Assembly: GCA_963828805.1 (NCBI GenBank)
Contig: CAWHGS010000045.1
Coordinates: 633 to 64,632, forward strand
Reading direction: 5' to 3'
DNA length: 64,000 bases
DNA from: an uncultured delta proteobacterium
Lineage (GTDB): Bacteria > Desulfobacterota > BSN033 > UBA1163
The notes under the pieces were generated by a model. It was given only the letters and a program-made list of their open reading frames with translations, ran no database searches and was not told where the DNA came from. Position 1 is the first letter of the stretch, and every line of letters begins with the position of its first letter. Of the stretch, positions 62,911-64,000 are shown one piece after another. A program made the translations under genes and the position numbers.

Positions 62911-63027
62911 GTCCAGGGTTCGAGGATTCAAGGGCTCAAGTGTTTCAATCTGAATATCTCTTCGGGTCGCAGTGTCATTTGACTCACTAATTCTTGGTCA
63001 TTTCACTTGACCCCTTGAACCCTGGAC
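62911..63027. repeat. Imperfect inverted repeat GTCCAGGGTTC..AAGGGNTCAAGTG in the rtcB spacer
   Basis: The left arm is 62911-62942 (GTCCAGGGTTCGAGGATTCAAGGGCTCAAGTG). The right arm is 63004-63027 (CACTTGACCCCTTGAACCCTGGAC). The reverse complement of the right arm matches the left except for an 8-nt insertion and one mismatch. Confidence 0.55.
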
Positions 63028-63037
63028 TCCTTGAAAC

Positions 63038-64000
63038 CTATCCCTTGATGACTCCAAGAGGGACGAGCTTCACAACCTTTTTACTGATCCCTGCCTGGTG
63101 AACCACATTCACCACGTCATTCACATCTTTATAGGCTTCCGGGATCTCTTCAACCAGGGTTCCCCGGCTTGCCCCCTTCACAATGATTCCTTTGTCCTCC
63201 AGCTCTCTGGCGATGTCCCTCCCCTTTGCGGCCTTCGTCGCCTGGTGGCGGCTCATCACCCGGCCGGCGCCATGGCAGGTGCTTCCGAAAGTCTCTTCCA
63301 TCGCCTTTTCGGTCCCGACAAGCACGTACGAGCATCTCCCCATATCTCCCGGAATGAGAACGGGCTGCCCGACGGACCGATATTTTTTCGGAACCTCCGG
63401 GTGGTCAGGCGGGAAGGCACGGGTCGCTCCTTTTCGGTGAACACAGACCTTCTTTCGTTTCCCCTTGATCGTATGGGTTTCGATTTTGGCTATATTGTGG
63501 CAAACGTCATAGACCAGATCCAGGTTCAGATCTCTCGGGCCCATCTGCAACACCTGCCCGAAGGTCTCCCTGACCCAGTGACTGATCATCTGGCGGTTGG
63601 TGAAGGCAAAGTTGGCCGCGCCGGCCATGGCCCTAAGATACCTCTCCCCTTCCGGAGATGAAACAGGGCTACAACAGAGCTGGGGATCGGGAAGTTCGAT
63701 CTGATATTTTCGCGCCGCATCCATCATGATCCGGATGTAATCATCACATACCTGATGGCCTAATCCTCTTGATCCTGTGTGAACGAAGACGGTGACCTGG
63801 TCTTTCCATAGTCCCAGCGCCTGGGCAACCTTATCATCAAAAACCTCTGCCACATAGCCCACCTCGACAAAGTGGTTTCCCGAACCGAGGGTTCCCAGCT
63901 GATCCCGGCCCCGTTCCATGGCCCTCTCCGAGACTTCCTCCGGTTCAGCGCCTTCAAGGCACCCTCCTGCCTCGATGTGTTCGAGGTCATTTGAATCTCC
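63038..64000 (-). CDS. rtcB: RtcB RNA 3'-phosphate ligase, 5'-partial (runs off the window)
   Basis: The motifs are LGSGNHFVEVGYV, VHTGSRGLGHQV, FANRQ-like TNRQM, IPGDMG and STCHGAGR. The frame stays open to position 64000 (..GDSNDLEHIEAGGCLEGAEPEEVSERAMERG..). Confidence 0.9.
   Translation of the reverse strand, partial: GDSNDLEHIEAGGCLEGAEPEEVSERAMERGRDQLGTLGSGNHFVEVGYVAEVFDDKVAQALGLWKDQVTVFVHTGSRGLGHQVCDDYIRIMMDAARKYQIELPDPQLCCSPVSSPEGERYLRAMAGAANFAFTNRQMISHWVRETFGQVLQMGPRDLNLDLVYDVCHNIAKIETHTIKGKRKKVCVHRKGATRAFPPDHPEVPKKYRSVGQPVLIPGDMGRCSYVLVGTEKAMEETFGSTCHGAGRVMSRHQATKAAKGRDIARELEDKGIIVKGASRGTLVEEIPEAYKDVNDVVNVVHQAGISKKVVKLVPLGVIKG

Overview
The window has two parts. Positions 1 to about 5565 are visibly G+C-rich (about two-thirds G+C by eye). 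They carry only fragmented genes: a PP2C/SpoIIE-type phosphatase, a DDAH-like amidinotransferase-fold enzyme, a methyltransferase tail and hypotheticals. From about 5566 to 64000 the DNA is mid-GC and clearly from a different genomic background. At the junction a gene is cut off on each side, so I suspect a chimeric join.

The mid-GC part is dominated by chemosensory genes, about 18.6 kb on the minus strand (8144-26786). These form two complete pathways in tandem:
- System 1: cheY-cheW-orf-cheA-cheW-mcp-cheR-cheD-cheY-cheX-cheB.
- System 2: PAS/GAF mcp-cheA-cheY-cheB-cheW-cheR(TPR), followed by an unusual tandem-DHp+REC protein with no kinase catalytic domain, then a REC+pseudo-REC protein.
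- A divergent third unit: cheW, a stand-alone secreted Cache protein, and an mcp (28375-31163).

Downstream genes, in order:
- A Memo-like (AmmeMemoRadiSam B) gene, lon, and a zinc-ribbon gene.
- Two ABC exporter half-transporters, a HEAT-repeat protein and a cold-shock gene.
- An EamA transporter, a secreted protein and an Fe-S protein.
- A small GC-rich islet with DUF488 and higBA, and an FmdB zinc-ribbon gene.
- A tight four-gene operon: PEP-mutase-like enzyme, NAD(P) oxidoreductase and a TAXI-TRAP transporter.
- mrfA/mrfB-like helicase and exonuclease, and a GAF/HD-GYP protein.
- An ECF sigma/anti-sigma/secreted trio, and a CheR-like methyltransferase overlapping ogt.
- An ASKHA-like protein and a 5'-partial rtcB.

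Many genes are broken by frameshifts. The breaks fall in blocks, and where I could place the shift it sits in a homopolymer run. I therefore read them as consensus errors rather than gene decay, but I list them as pseudogene because that is what the sequence shows. Their end coordinates are approximate.

Several families of short palindromic intergenic repeats and one MITE-like element are present. I recognised no rRNA, tRNA, CRISPR array, transposase or integrase.

The most interesting candidates are:
- the PepM-like/oxidoreductase/TAXI-TRAP operon;
- the catalytic-domain-less tandem-DHp+REC output module of chemosensory system 2;
- the truncated PHP+SMC-like ATPase;
- the split Cache/MCP sensor.

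All family assignments come from motif reading only. No searches were run.
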